From: an uncultured Candidatus Binatia bacterium
GTDB taxonomy: Bacteria; Desulfobacterota; Binatia; UBA9968; CAXXLF01
NCBI GenBank assembly: GCA_965218425.1
Contig: OZ244621.1
Coordinates: forward strand, 1,216,001-1,280,000
Length of the DNA stretch: 64,000 nt
Reading direction: 5' to 3'
Shown here: piece by piece, positions 22,348-32,691 of the stretch
Numbering within the stretch: the first letter of the stretch is position 1
Layout of the letters: each line of letters starts with the position of its first letter
Program-made: the position numbers and the translations under genes
Notes under the pieces: generated by a model
Told to the model about the DNA's origin: nothing
The model's database searches: none
The model's input: the letters and a program-made list of their open reading frames with translations, nothing else

Positions 22348-24663
22348 TCAAACCCGTGCTCTTTCCCGCCCATGCTTCGAAATTTGTAACACATATTCCG
22401 GTTTCAAGGGTAGCCGGGTCACCTCAGCCCCCAAAGCGTCCGAAACAGCGTTGGCGATAGCGCCCCCAACTGCCACGATGCCCCCTTCACCGGCTCCTTT
22501 TACCCCAAGCGGATTGAGGGGAGAAGGCGCATCCTCTGTCAACAGCAGCTCGATATTGGGCACCTCCATAGCCGTTGGTATCAGATAGTCCATAAAGCTC
22601 GTTGCCAACGCCTGGCCATCGGTACCATAAACAAATTCTTCCAATAAGGCTCCTCCGATTCCCTGAGCGGCTCCGCCAACCATCTGGCCCTCTACGAGCA
22701 TTGGGTTAATTACCCGCCCAACATCCTGAGCAACCAGGTATTTTTTAATCTCCACAAACCCGGTCTCTCGGTCAACTTCCACGATTGCAATGTGGACACC
22801 GTAGGGAAAAGGCCTATCGTCAGGACCAGAAAAAAACGCGGCCTCCGAGATGCCGGGGTCAACACCATATTTTAGCGCCAGGTGCGGCACTGTCATACGG
22901 GCGATTTCTGCGAGGCTTATGGATCTTTCAATAGCGCCCCGAACTGTAACTGATCCGTGTGCGAGCATGAGGTCGCCGGGCTCTATCTCAAAATGGATAG
23001 CCCCCAGATGTAAGAGCTTATCTTTGACCTTCCTTGCGGCTAACGCAGCCGCGTTACCGGCCGTAATTGCAGTCCGGCTGGCATGTGTTCCCATTCCATA
23101 GGGCACCAAATCGGTATCACCATGGATCACACGAATGTCCTCAGGGGAAACCTGAAGCTCGTCGGCAACAATCTGACTGAGAACCGTTTCCACGCCCTGG
23201 CCCAGATTAGCGCACCCCGTGTATAAAAGAATCTTGCCCCAGGAGTCGATTTCGATCCGAGCGTATTCCCATGGGCTGCCACCAACCGACTCGACGTAGC
23301 AGGCCAGACCAATTCCTATGGCACGACCACTATGCTTCGCAGCCTCACATGAAGCCTTAGCCCCTGAATAGTCGACACGCGTCAGGGCAGTTTCAAATTG
23401 ATGGGGGAAGTCACCGCTGTCGTATACGACTTTGTGTGTGGGGTGAGGACCAACATCATACGGCATCTGATCAGCCGGGACGAAATTCCGCCTGCGCACC
23501 TCCGCCGGATCGAGTCCGAGCCGACGGGCAACCGAGTCCATCACTCTTTCACGTACAAACGTACCTTCATATCTACCCGGACTACGGTAAGTGCCCACCG
23601 GCGTCTTGTTAGTTAACACACACGAAATCCGGCACTGGTAGTTCTTGATACGGTAAGGCCCTCGTAACACCGACGAGCCAGAAAGGATAGGCGTGGTCCC
23701 ATTGGTCCGAGTGTATGCACCCATGTCAAAATGAAGCTCGTCCTCCAGCGCCAGAACCGTACCGTCGCGCTTGATGCCTATTTTTACTCGATGCCACTGC
23801 TCTCTTGACTGGTTCATGGCAATGAGATTTTCACGGCGGTCTTCTATCCAGCAGATCGGCCTCTGCAAGCGCATGGTAAGGAAGGGGATAAGGTAGTCTT
23901 CCGGATAGATTTCGCCGCGGGCGCCAAACCCGCCACCCACATCGGGTTCAATAAGGTGAATCGAACTCTCCGGCAAGTTTAAAAGGTCCGCCAAAATTTG
24001 GCGGTTGATATGGACAATTTTGGTAGGTCCCCAAACGTTAAGCACCTGCCGGCTGTCATCAAAATCAGCTATTAGCCCCCTGGTCTCAAGGGGGACACCA
24101 CCGTGGCGTTGGATGTAATATTCCTCCTCGAACACCTCATCAGCCTCGGCCATTGCACTGTTCACATCCCCCACGTTCACTTCAAGATGTGCCGGCACAT
24201 TGTTCTCGAGACTCTCGTGAAGAATCGGAGCGCCTTTCACCATCGCGTCCCGGGTATCATTAGCTACACCTAGAGGCTCATATTCAAAATCAATCAATTC
24301 CAGTCCATCTTCGGCTACATAGCGGTCCTCGGCCACCACTACGGCGACGGGCTCCCCCGCGTACCGAACCTTATCCTTTGCCAGAGGGGTTTGAAGACAC
24401 CGCTCGAGTCCTTTGATCTCCCCTATTCGCATTGGGATCGGCTTCACACCGGCAATATCAGCGAAGGTGAGAATACAAACGACTCCGGGAAGCCTGGAGG
24501 CCTTGTCCGTATCGATTCTAATAATTCGCGCATGGGCACATGGGCTTCGAAAAATTGCAGCGTGCAACATCTGCGGGCGGCTGAGATCAGCCACAAACTT
24601 TGCCACGCCGCGCAGAAATCTAAGATCTTCACTCCGTTTGACTCTTGCACCGATATAAGCCAT
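22348..24663 (-). CDS. Mo-hydroxylase large subunit (copy 1)
   Basis: Same length (771 aa) and collinear with copy 2; TYRSPGR loop. Confidence 0.93.
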   Translation of the reverse strand: MAYIGARVKRSEDLRFLRGVAKFVADLSRPQMLHAAIFRSPCAHARIIRIDTDKASRLPGVVCILTFADIAGVKPIPMRIGEIKGLERCLQTPLAKDKVRYAGEPVAVVVAEDRYVAEDGLELIDFEYEPLGVANDTRDAMVKGAPILHESLENNVPAHLEVNVGDVNSAMAEADEVFEEEYYIQRHGGVPLETRGLIADFDDSRQVLNVWGPTKIVHINRQILADLLNLPESSIHLIEPDVGGGFGARGEIYPEDYLIPFLTMRLQRPICWIEDRRENLIAMNQSREQWHRVKIGIKRDGTVLALEDELHFDMGAYTRTNGTTPILSGSSVLRGPYRIKNYQCRISCVLTNKTPVGTYRSPGRYEGTFVRERVMDSVARRLGLDPAEVRRRNFVPADQMPYDVGPHPTHKVVYDSGDFPHQFETALTRVDYSGAKASCEAAKHSGRAIGIGLACYVESVGGSPWEYARIEIDSWGKILLYTGCANLGQGVETVLSQIVADELQVSPEDIRVIHGDTDLVPYGMGTHASRTAITAGNAAALAARKVKDKLLHLGAIHFEIEPGDLMLAHGSVTVRGAIERSISLAEIARMTVPHLALKYGVDPGISEAAFFSGPDDRPFPYGVHIAIVEVDRETGFVEIKKYLVAQDVGRVINPMLVEGQMVGGAAQGIGGALLEEFVYGTDGQALATSFMDYLIPTAMEVPNIELLLTEDAPSPLNPLGVKGAGEGGIVAVGGAIANAVSDALGAEVTRLPLKPEYVLQISKHGRERARV

Positions 24664-24708
24664 CAGGCCAACACCTCGAACTAACTCGAACGACCCTATG
24701 AACTCTAG

Positions 24709-25768
24709 TTAGTCTGCAGCAGCCCAGAGCACTCGGTCGGCCGCAAGCTGGATATCTAACTCCTGCCAGCTTTCACCTGTATCCCGGCTGACCAGAATCT
24801 TACCCGCGCCCCCAGCCCCAGCCGCCGGCCCACGAGCCACCTCACCAAGGCCAGCGAACACCGCGTTGGGATCGTGCGGGTGATGGACCAGAGCCCAAAA
24901 CATGGGATCAAGATTCTCCGGCAGGCCATGAGTCACCCGTTGCCAAGAGTTGGCGCAGTCCAGACTTCGGAACAGAGCCGCCCGTGCCCCATGGCGGCCG
25001 TCACGGGCCCAGTATCCGGGCGACTTGTCGGCTGTTGCGAGCAGCATAGTCGGGTCCTTGCCCCCTTTGGATGGCGGCAAGAAGAGGAAGTCATGGAAGT
25101 AGTCCCTCGTGAGGCCATTTTCCGCGCGCCTCCAACCTTGCGCAGGATCGTTACTGGCCGAAGAAGCCGCGTGCGCTCGTTACAAAGTAGCGATCGAAGC
25201 GCCGTGGCAAGCTGGAGAGCACATGAATGTCGACGTAATCGATCCCTCCTGTTACATCCTCCCAAGTCTTGCCACGGTCCAAGCTACGAACGATCCCTCC
25301 ATGCTCGATACAGAGATAGACCGTCTTCGGATCATCCGGATGAATAAACATGTTTCTCACGTGCCCGTGGTGAGGGGCTACAGGGTGCCACCACTTTTGA
25401 CGCACCTCCTCAGATAGCTCATGTAGCGAATCGAGATCTTCCCAGCTACTGCCGCCATCCTCGCTGCGGTATACTCCCACCGGTTCAATTCCAGCATAGA
25501 CCACATCTTCTGCTGTGGGGTCGAGGGTGACCGCCCGGATGTCGCCATTGAGCACTTTGCCCCAATTTTTGCCTCCATCATCAGTCCGGTAAAGACCATC
25601 ATGGGTAAGCCCCACAAACACACGTTGCGGTCGGTGGCGGCAGCCGACAATCGAGTCAATGATACCGTCTCGAAAGCTTTGAGCGAATTCTCCCCAACCA
25701 TCGTTTTTCGACTGCCAAACCATCAATCCGTGTTGAGTACCGGCGTAAAGACGGACGTTCTCGTTCAT
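24709..25768 (-). pseudogene. BNR/Asp-box beta-propeller protein with a single frameshift
   Basis: Repeated S/TxDGGxxW Asp-boxes; an extra base near 25158 splits RGFF/ASNDP. Confidence 0.75.
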
Positions 25769-25837
25769 GGCGTGAATCCTCCTACAGGGACGATTTCAGC
25801 TTAAAAAGGCATCTCCCTGTCCCTAAATCTCTACTCA

Positions 25838-27729
25838 TCAGTCCAGTTGACTCCACTCCTTGAATTCCTCCAGCCCTAACTTCGCCAAGGTGTCCATGAA
25901 TGGACGCCCCGTTTTCTCATGTCTGCCGGACACGCGATGGTAGTCATGACCATGCCGGGAAGCCATTTGGCGATAGTAAAGCCCTTAAATTTGCCATCGG
26001 GGATGGGTTCCAGAAACCTGGGACCCACGTTCGTCCAATCCTGCTCCGCAATCCAACCTCTCTGGGTTTCGAACAGGCTCTGAAGAATCGCACTTCGGTG
26101 TCCTGCCTCCAAGGCCTCGTTCATATCAAAGTTCCAACCGGTGGTTGCATTGAACGAGCCAATAACGCTGTTTAGACCGTCAGGCTTATTTTGCATCTGG
26201 GCAAACCAGCATCCACCGATGATGCCGCAGAACTGCCGATATCGCTCTGAAAGGGTTTGCGACCATGCCCATCCAGTGGGGTCGTCCCGCTTCAACGGGC
26301 CCCATTTCTCTCTATCTTTCAGATCTGGAGGCGGATTTGAGTACCCACCCCCCTGGGGCTTCATTCCACCACTAGAAACAAGCTGGCGCAGCATTTGGCC
26401 GATATCGGACCGCCAATCATGCAGAGCAGGAGTCCCTCTTTTTGTATGAACCACTCAGGTCGGAGCGTCACCTCCTATGGCTTCGGCAACCTTCGTGGGA
26501 CCGTCAGCCAACAGGTTTCCCCATCGACCTTCCCGACGAGCTGCCATATCCAGGAGTCGATCCACCGTATCAACATTGCCCCATTCAAGCTTGAGACCAT
26601 CGGTTTGCCCGGGGCCGAGGGCCCCTTTCTCCCAGGCTTCAAACATCACCCCTGCTCCGCAGGAAAAATGGCTGCACTCGATTCCGAGATCATTGATTTT
26701 TTCCGCCAGGCACAGGACATCGTTGCCCTTGACCCCAAGATTAAAGAAAGTATCGAGCCATTCGCTCCCTGCATTAAAATGGCCCACCACGCCAGACCGT
26801 GAACCCTCTTTAATCTCCACATCCCATGGGCAAAGCCTGGTGCATTGGAAACAAGGCCTAAGGACGAACCGGTTCTGGTCAAAGCCACGACCATGATCCT
26901 CGACCAAAGAACTTCGGTAGTTGTCGTTGGGTATCGCACCCAGATCCACGCCGTGACCCGCTTGCTTCTTTTCTTCTACCCTACGTTGGACCAGAGTGGC
27001 CCTCCATCTAAGTCCAGCCTCGATCAGCCTCGCTTTGTCATAGAGCGGAGGCCGCTTTGTCCCGCAAACCACAATTGCTTTGAGCTTCTTGGCACCGAAA
27101 ACCGCTCCCCCACTGTGGGCGGCATTGTGATTGTAGTCATTGACCAGCATGGCGGCATGGTTGAGATTCTCACCAGCGGGACCGATGCACATGACCTTTG
27201 CATCGTTTAACCCCACCTCCTCTCGCAGAAGATCCTCCGTAGCTCTCGCCCCTTTGCCCCATACCCTTTCAGCGTCTCTGAGTTCGGATTTTCCATCGTT
27301 GATGAAAAGGTAAGTCGGTCTACTAGCGACTCCTTCGATAATGATCCCGTCGTATCCTGCGGCTTTAAGTAGGTGGCCCAAAAGCCGCTCGCTGCCCCAC
27401 GGCCCAGCGTGTTGTCCGTCAGGGAACTCAGGTAGACCGCTGTCATTTTCGTCCCCCCCCGGGGTAAGACCAGTTCCAGTGATGGGACCGGTCATCATGA
27501 CCACCTTGTTCTCCGGTCCAAATGCCGTTGCGTCCAACGGCAATTCTCTGAGCAAGATGTAGCTTGCTAGGGATTGTCCCCCGATGAATTTTCGCAGTAA
27601 CGGCTCCTCCGGCAGGTTTTCGTCCGTCAGAATCCCAGAGGTCAGATCGACCCGGAGAATCTTGCCCATATACCCGCCGGGCAAATTGGTTACCCGTTGA
27701 CGAGGGAAAAGCTCATGGGAGTCTGCCAT
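25838..27729 (-). pseudogene. Aldehyde:ferredoxin oxidoreductase (AOR) family, inactivated
   Basis: GYMGKILRVDLT, LKAAGYDGIIIEG, CIGPAGEN, GAVFGAKKLKAI; compensating frameshift pair near 27455/27365; TGA at 26455; frameshift near 25948. Confidence 0.85.
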
Positions 27730-27910
27730 ATGGGTTCCTCTTCTTGGGTTAAACCGAGTTGCACCACGGCCCGTTCTGACTCGTAACCCCCTTCGGACGG
27801 ACGATGGCGAGATAAAGCACGAAAAGCTTTCCTTGAATGCCACAACGGCCACCGAGAATGCAGGTTACTGTGGGTAATTGAGTTTCCCCAGCGAACCTCG
27901 AAGCTTAGGG

Positions 27911-28420
27911 TCAGGCCTTCCAATCGTAGTTGAGTGCACCTAAGTCAAACATATATTCTCCACTTGCCCCTGCGCGCGCTACCGTGGCGACATCCTTGAA
28001 ATCCTTCCCACAATAAAGTTCAAACAGATTGCCAGACGGGTCACGGAAGTACATCACAACTTTAACACCGTCACGCGACCACAGATGGTTAGTCGGCACC
28101 CCGTAGCTCTCCAGCCGTTCCTTCATCGGCACCAGGTCCTCTGCCTCAATGAAGAATGCATAGTGCGGATACTCGGCCGAATATCCGGTCCAACCATCTT
28201 TCTGCACAGAGAACCCAAAGTTGATCCCACCAATCCGCACCTCGGCAAATCCTGGATTGCTATGATGAAGAAGCTCGGCCCCCAGAACTTCTGTGAAAAA
28301 ACGTACGGTTTCTTGGACATCGCGGCAAGGAATGCTCACGTGGCTGAAACCAGAAACTTTGGGCCTCTTTATCGTGGAGCTCTTCTCCGAGCCTGATCGA
28401 CTTGAACTGGCATTCACCAT
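27911..28420 (-). CDS. VOC family protein
   Basis: FSHVSIPC, YPHYAF, YFRDPSGNLFEL. Confidence 0.88.
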   Translation of the reverse strand: MVNASSSRSGSEKSSTIKRPKVSGFSHVSIPCRDVQETVRFFTEVLGAELLHHSNPGFAEVRIGGINFGFSVQKDGWTGYSAEYPHYAFFIEAEDLVPMKERLESYGVPTNHLWSRDGVKVVMYFRDPSGNLFELYCGKDFKDVATVARAGASGEYMFDLGALNYDWKA

Positions 28421-28944
28421 AATTAAATGGCCCCTTTCCGGGTTTCTAGTCCCCCAACCAACCTCTTCCATCGTTTTTATGTTTGCCTCGACCCTTGCTA
28501 AGATTACATCACATCGCTTTTCACAGTCTTGAATTAACGTCTAAATCTGGCAGCTCCCCTCGCCTTCGAAAGGCAGCAAATTCAAAAATGCTGGCGCGGG
28601 ATGAATGGTTCACCATAGTAACCAGAAGTTTCATTTTATAACTCCTGTAACAATCCACTCCAGGTTTGTCAAGTCAAATGTTGTTGGTCCTTAGTCGTTG
28701 GACGGAAATGATTTCAAGCTAATGTATAGGCATCAACCGAGGGGAGGGGGGCTCGAAGCCAGCGTACGCCGCCTGCCATCCCATGAAGACCTCAAATTTC
28801 CTACTTGTAAGAGCGCAGGGACGACCATGACTTCAGAGGTGAGCGCAAGGTGTGCGTTTGGTGGAGTATCCGCAGTTACAACGACGATTAGACTCCGTGT
28901 TCCGCGAATACTTTCGTCCCTAACGTCAACAACTATTTAAGAAT

Positions 28945-30126
28945 CAAAATGCGATAGGATTTGCCATCTGACCCTCACTGTATTGAAGCTCTTCGAACAA
29001 GGACAGCCCCATACCAAAAATGTCGCCCCCTCATCCTGCCCCGCCAGAGTATTGGATTAATCATCTTGCCAGCGTCGGTAAGCGAGACGTACTTCTGGAT
29101 CTTTACCTGCCCGGTCATTTCATCGATCTCTACTTTCACACCAACAATACTGGTTCCCCAAAAGGGTGTAGGGTATCCAATAGGCACCGCATCGTTGCGT
29201 GGAACTTTGAAAAACCCTTTCCCCATGATCTCGCCTTCCGCGTCACCATAGTAGGTGCGCATAACGTCCTTGAAGCTGAGAGTTTTGTCCCCGGCAACCA
29301 CTTGCCCATCCTCCAGACGAACCTTGGTCCCGTCAATACCAAGCACGGAAGCTGCGGCCGCAAGGAGCTGCCGACGTGCATTAGCTGCAGCCAACTGCAC
29401 CGCTTGCCCCATCACCGAGACAGCACTGGTCGCATTGGTACCCCTATCGAAAGGAGTGGATTGGGTATCGAGTTGCGTTACATAAACACTCTCAGGGGAT
29501 AGGGAGAGCCCATCCGCCACCGCCTGGAGAAGAGCAGTACGGATTCCCTGTCCGAACTCCACGGAGCCAAATGAAAGTAGAGTGCCACCATCCATGAGAA
29601 TCCTAACCGAACTATGAGCGGCTTTATTCGTTCCTCCGCCGTCAATGACACCGCATGCGATTCCTTTTCCCCTCTTGACTCCAGGCTGGATTTTCATTTG
29701 ATCATTTTCTCTCCAACCGATGAGCTCCGCCACCTGTCTCAAGCCGGCCTTTAGATCACAGTCGATGGGAGTATTTCCGGGAGAATATTCCTCCCCCTTA
29801 CCCAGGATATTCTGTAGCCTGAGATCCAAAGGATCCAATTTCAAACGATGGGCGACCATATCGAGATAAGACTCATAGGCATAGATTACCTGTGGCGCTC
29901 CAAAGCCCCGAAACGCACCACCCGGCACCGTGTTTGTGTAAACATAAGTATGCGTCTGTTTGTACGTGAGGAATCCCATAGGGCCCGTGGGCCTTATAAC
30001 CGGACTTCGCAACACCTTCCCGTAAAGCATGCCAGGGAGTTTAAGGTCCCCCGTGTACACGGCCGCGCCAGTAACTTTTTCTTGAGCGTCGATGCGACGG
30101 AAATTCTGACCGAGCAGTGGACTCAA
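28945..30126 (-). pseudogene. Remnant of a fourth, divergent Mo-hydroxylase large subunit
   Basis: EKVTG...LRSP is joined directly to the GPY/AFRGFG region (large internal deletion); C-terminus lost. Confidence 0.8.
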
Positions 30127-30340
30127 GTTGAACTCCTCATTCTTTTCGCCGCACATTGAATCGATTCCATGATCATCCGATATCCAGCACAGCGGCAGAT
30201 ATTGGCATCCATGTATTCGCGGATTCCTACGACAGTAGGACGTGGGTTTTCATCCGGCAGAGCCTTGGCCAGAAGTATCATTCCCGGCGCGCAAAATCCG
30301 CATTGAAAACCACCACATTCGATAAAAGCATCTTGCAGTA
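30123..30340 (-). pseudogene. C-terminal half of a CoxS-like 2Fe-2S subunit
   Basis: Minus-strand translation LQDAFIECGGFQCGFCAPGM...NICRCAGY; absent from the ORF track because it has no start. Confidence 0.85.
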
Positions 30341-30564
30341 GTCGATAAAAAAGTCGGAGATATTTAGGGCTCTCTCCCCACTGTCACTTATTGCGCGGAC
30401 AAAGACCTGTCTAGAATGCCTTTTAAAGTAAAGACAAAATCCATGTCAGGTGGGGCTTTAGTTGCAGGGGATGGGAGTAGGATTTGTTGTCGGACTTCGC
30501 TAGTCGAGTTGACATCATAGGTCATTAACCCAACACAATTGGAGCCTGTGCAGCGCTTTCGCTT

Positions 30565-30888
30565 TTAGCCCTGCTCGGACGACATCTGTTCGACGTCGGC
30601 AATGGTGGCACCGTCGAGACGAAAGGCTCGATGCGGGTCCCATTCCAAGACCTCCATTGTCCGAACGCCTCTTACATGATGGGGATCTTGGGCCGCGAGA
30701 GCTTTTGCCTCGCTCTTACTTGATGCGAGCATAATGTAGATTCCGTAAGCACGATCCGAAGTTGGACCGGAGAACAGAAGTCTTCCTGCGCGGTGCTGAT
30801 CGTCCAACCACTGGCGATGCTCTTCGTAATTCTGTTGCTTGCTTTCCTCTTTTTCCGGCAACGAGCGGGACAGTATAATATACCACAT
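30565..30888 (-). CDS. YciI-like protein
   Basis: EHRQWL...GRLLFSGP...AQDPH. Confidence 0.8.
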   Translation of the reverse strand: MWYIILSRSLPEKEESKQQNYEEHRQWLDDQHRAGRLLFSGPTSDRAYGIYIMLASSKSEAKALAAQDPHHVRGVRTMEVLEWDPHRAFRLDGATIADVEQMSSEQG

Positions 30889-31209
30889 AGCGATTTCTCC
30901 TTGACAATATTTAAGTAGCGTCTTCTCTACAAATTACAACGCCCCTTATCGCCAAGGCCGCACGGTGTCAAGGGACTTCTCAGGATACTATGAAAACGTC
31001 GTCCATTTGTAACATGGGTTGATCGGCAATCCTTGCGGGGTAGAAATGCGCCTTGTCCCCCTCGCCATGACATCAAACCATAGACTCCCACTCAACAGGC
31101 CATTCAGCCTTGGGGTCTATGGATGCAGCTTGATGAGAGAACACGGACGGATAGTGGACATCCTGGGAATAGGGGGTGTTTACTCGACGTGCAAGTGGCT
31201 GAAATTCAA

Positions 31210-31286
31210 TGGTGGTCGCAGCAGGACTCGAACCTGCGACCTCTTGCATGTGAGGCAAGCGCTCTAACCAGCTGAGCTATGCGACC
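31210..31286 (-). tRNA. tRNA-Val (anticodon CAC), CCA encoded
   Basis: ggtcgca acceptor stem, D-arm gctcagctggttagagc, anticodon arm cttgc-ctCACat-gcaag, T-loop GGTTCGAGTCC. Confidence 0.97.
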
Positions 31287-31298
31287 ATCCGAGTTCTT

Positions 31299-31327
31299 CT
31301 TTTAGCACCTTCGCAGTGGGGCTTCAA
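31299..31327 (-). promoter_or_regulatory. Putative sigma70 promoter of tRNA-Val
   Basis: TTGAAG-17 bp-TAAAAG with an extended TG, just upstream of the tRNA. Confidence 0.45.
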
Positions 31328-31351
31328 GAAAGCCTGAACCCGGAGGGTATT

Positions 31352-32164
31352 CTACATCTTTTGGCCGCAGATCAAGGCGCAGCAAAAACGGCCCTTAACG
31401 TGAGTTTGGTCGTTGTTCTTCCAGTAGTGGAAATAGTTCTCTTCGAATCGCTGTTTCATCTCGGCGGGCTGTTTTTCCAATTCCTCCGCCACATCCAGCC
31501 AATGGCGTCCCGTGGGTATCCCATCCATACCGTCTTGATCGAACGAAAAGCTATGGACATCGCCTCGGGTCACGGTGAACTGTTCCCGCTCCAATAGCTT
31601 CTGGATCTCCTCAGCCGACTGAAAGTGAAATATGCCTCCATGAAAACGCCCAAATACCTGATTGATGAGATTGTTTAATGAACGATCCAATGAATCCTGA
31701 GCCTGCATCACCACAGGATCCAGGATGGTCAACATGCCGCCAGGTTTGAGGAGGCGCCGGGCCTCCCGTATCATGAGGGCCGGCTGCCCGAAGTGATGCA
31801 GGCTAAAAGCCACGAAGCCACGGTCGAAAATCTCGCTCCGAAAGGGCAAGGCTTCCGCATCACCGGCCGCTTGGTGATAGCATGTGAGGTATTCTCGCCG
31901 GGCCATGTCACGGGCCACGCTGAGCATGGCCATGGCCTGATCCAACCCGATGACTTTACCTGCTTTGAGGTGCTCGGAAACCGGTTTAGCAAAACGCCCG
32001 GTCCCGGTGGCAATGTCGAGTACCCATTCGCTGCCCTTGAGCTCAAGGGCATCAATCAAATGCTCGCCAAGCTTCGCACGAATATCCGACTTCCCTGCCC
32101 GCCGGTCGAAATCCAGGGCATGGGCGTGATCATGAAAGAAACCATTCCTTGTCTCTCGCTTCAT
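31352..32164 (-). CDS. Class I SAM-dependent methyltransferase (UbiE-like fold)
   Basis: VLDIATGTG, GDAEALPF, RLLKPGG. Confidence 0.88.
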   Translation of the reverse strand: MKRETRNGFFHDHAHALDFDRRAGKSDIRAKLGEHLIDALELKGSEWVLDIATGTGRFAKPVSEHLKAGKVIGLDQAMAMLSVARDMARREYLTCYHQAAGDAEALPFRSEIFDRGFVAFSLHHFGQPALMIREARRLLKPGGMLTILDPVVMQAQDSLDRSLNNLINQVFGRFHGGIFHFQSAEEIQKLLEREQFTVTRGDVHSFSFDQDGMDGIPTGRHWLDVAEELEKQPAEMKQRFEENYFHYWKNNDQTHVKGRFCCALICGQKM

Positions 32165-32571
32165 TTATCTGCCAGCCCCGCAATAATTTTCCATTGTTCA
32201 TCATTGACCGGCATCACCGAGAGCCGGGATATGCGAATGAGGTCGAACTTGGCGAGTTTGGGTTGCGCTTTCAGCTCTGCGAGGGTCACCGGCCGCGGTA
32301 GAGGTTTTGACACCTCGATATCAAACACTAGGAGCTTCGGGTCGTTCTTTGTGGGGTCCGGGTAGGCAGCGGTAGTGGCACGAGCGAAACCTATGACGGA
32401 CTTTTCCTTTCCTGAATGGTAGACCAGGAACCAATCGCCTTTCCGAACGGCCGAGATATGTTTCAACGCGAGGTTGTTCTTTACCCCGTCCCAGGTGGTA
32501 CGTTTGTCCTTTTGCAGTTGCTGGAACGAATAACTGCTTGGTTCAGTCTTGACTAGCCAACGGTTTGCCAT
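32161..32571 (-). CDS. EVE domain protein
   Basis: WLVKTEP, WDGVKN, YHSG, YPDPT, RISRLSVMPV. Confidence 0.92.
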   Translation of the reverse strand: MANRWLVKTEPSSYSFQQLQKDKRTTWDGVKNNLALKHISAVRKGDWFLVYHSGKEKSVIGFARATTAAYPDPTKNDPKLLVFDIEVSKPLPRPVTLAELKAQPKLAKFDLIRISRLSVMPVNDEQWKIIAGLADK

Positions 32572-32691
32572 GGATATTTCTCCCGCTGTTATTTAGCCTC
32601 ATCCGCCCAACCATTGTCAATCGACAATAATCCCAATTTCAAAAAAGCATAGCTCCACGAGTTGACAGTCCAGCTCCTTATAGTGGATTGA

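Larger units (their letters stand above)
4390..31252. mobile_element. tRNA-Val-integrated genomic island, integrase-less and decaying
   Basis: Flanking direct repeat of the tRNA 3' half; accessory catabolic cargo; many pseudogenes; IS insertion. Confidence 0.8.

Noticed and set aside
17451..24663. Aerobic CO dehydrogenase (coxMSL) call
   Set aside because: Active-site loops are TYRGPGR/TYRSPGR, not the form I AYxCSFR or form II AYxGAGR.
26452..26460. Selenocysteine readthrough at the in-frame TGA in AOR
   Set aside because: The context suits Trp (TGG to TGA), I see no convincing SECIS, and the gene has other frameshifts.
30451..30466. Sigma54-like TGG-N8-TTGCA element
   Set aside because: Poor -24 match and no + strand gene downstream.
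31060..31135. Integrase C-terminal remnant (…TGHSALGSM…) beside the tRNA
   Set aside because: Only a GH dipeptide resembles tyrosine-recombinase box II; too short to support.
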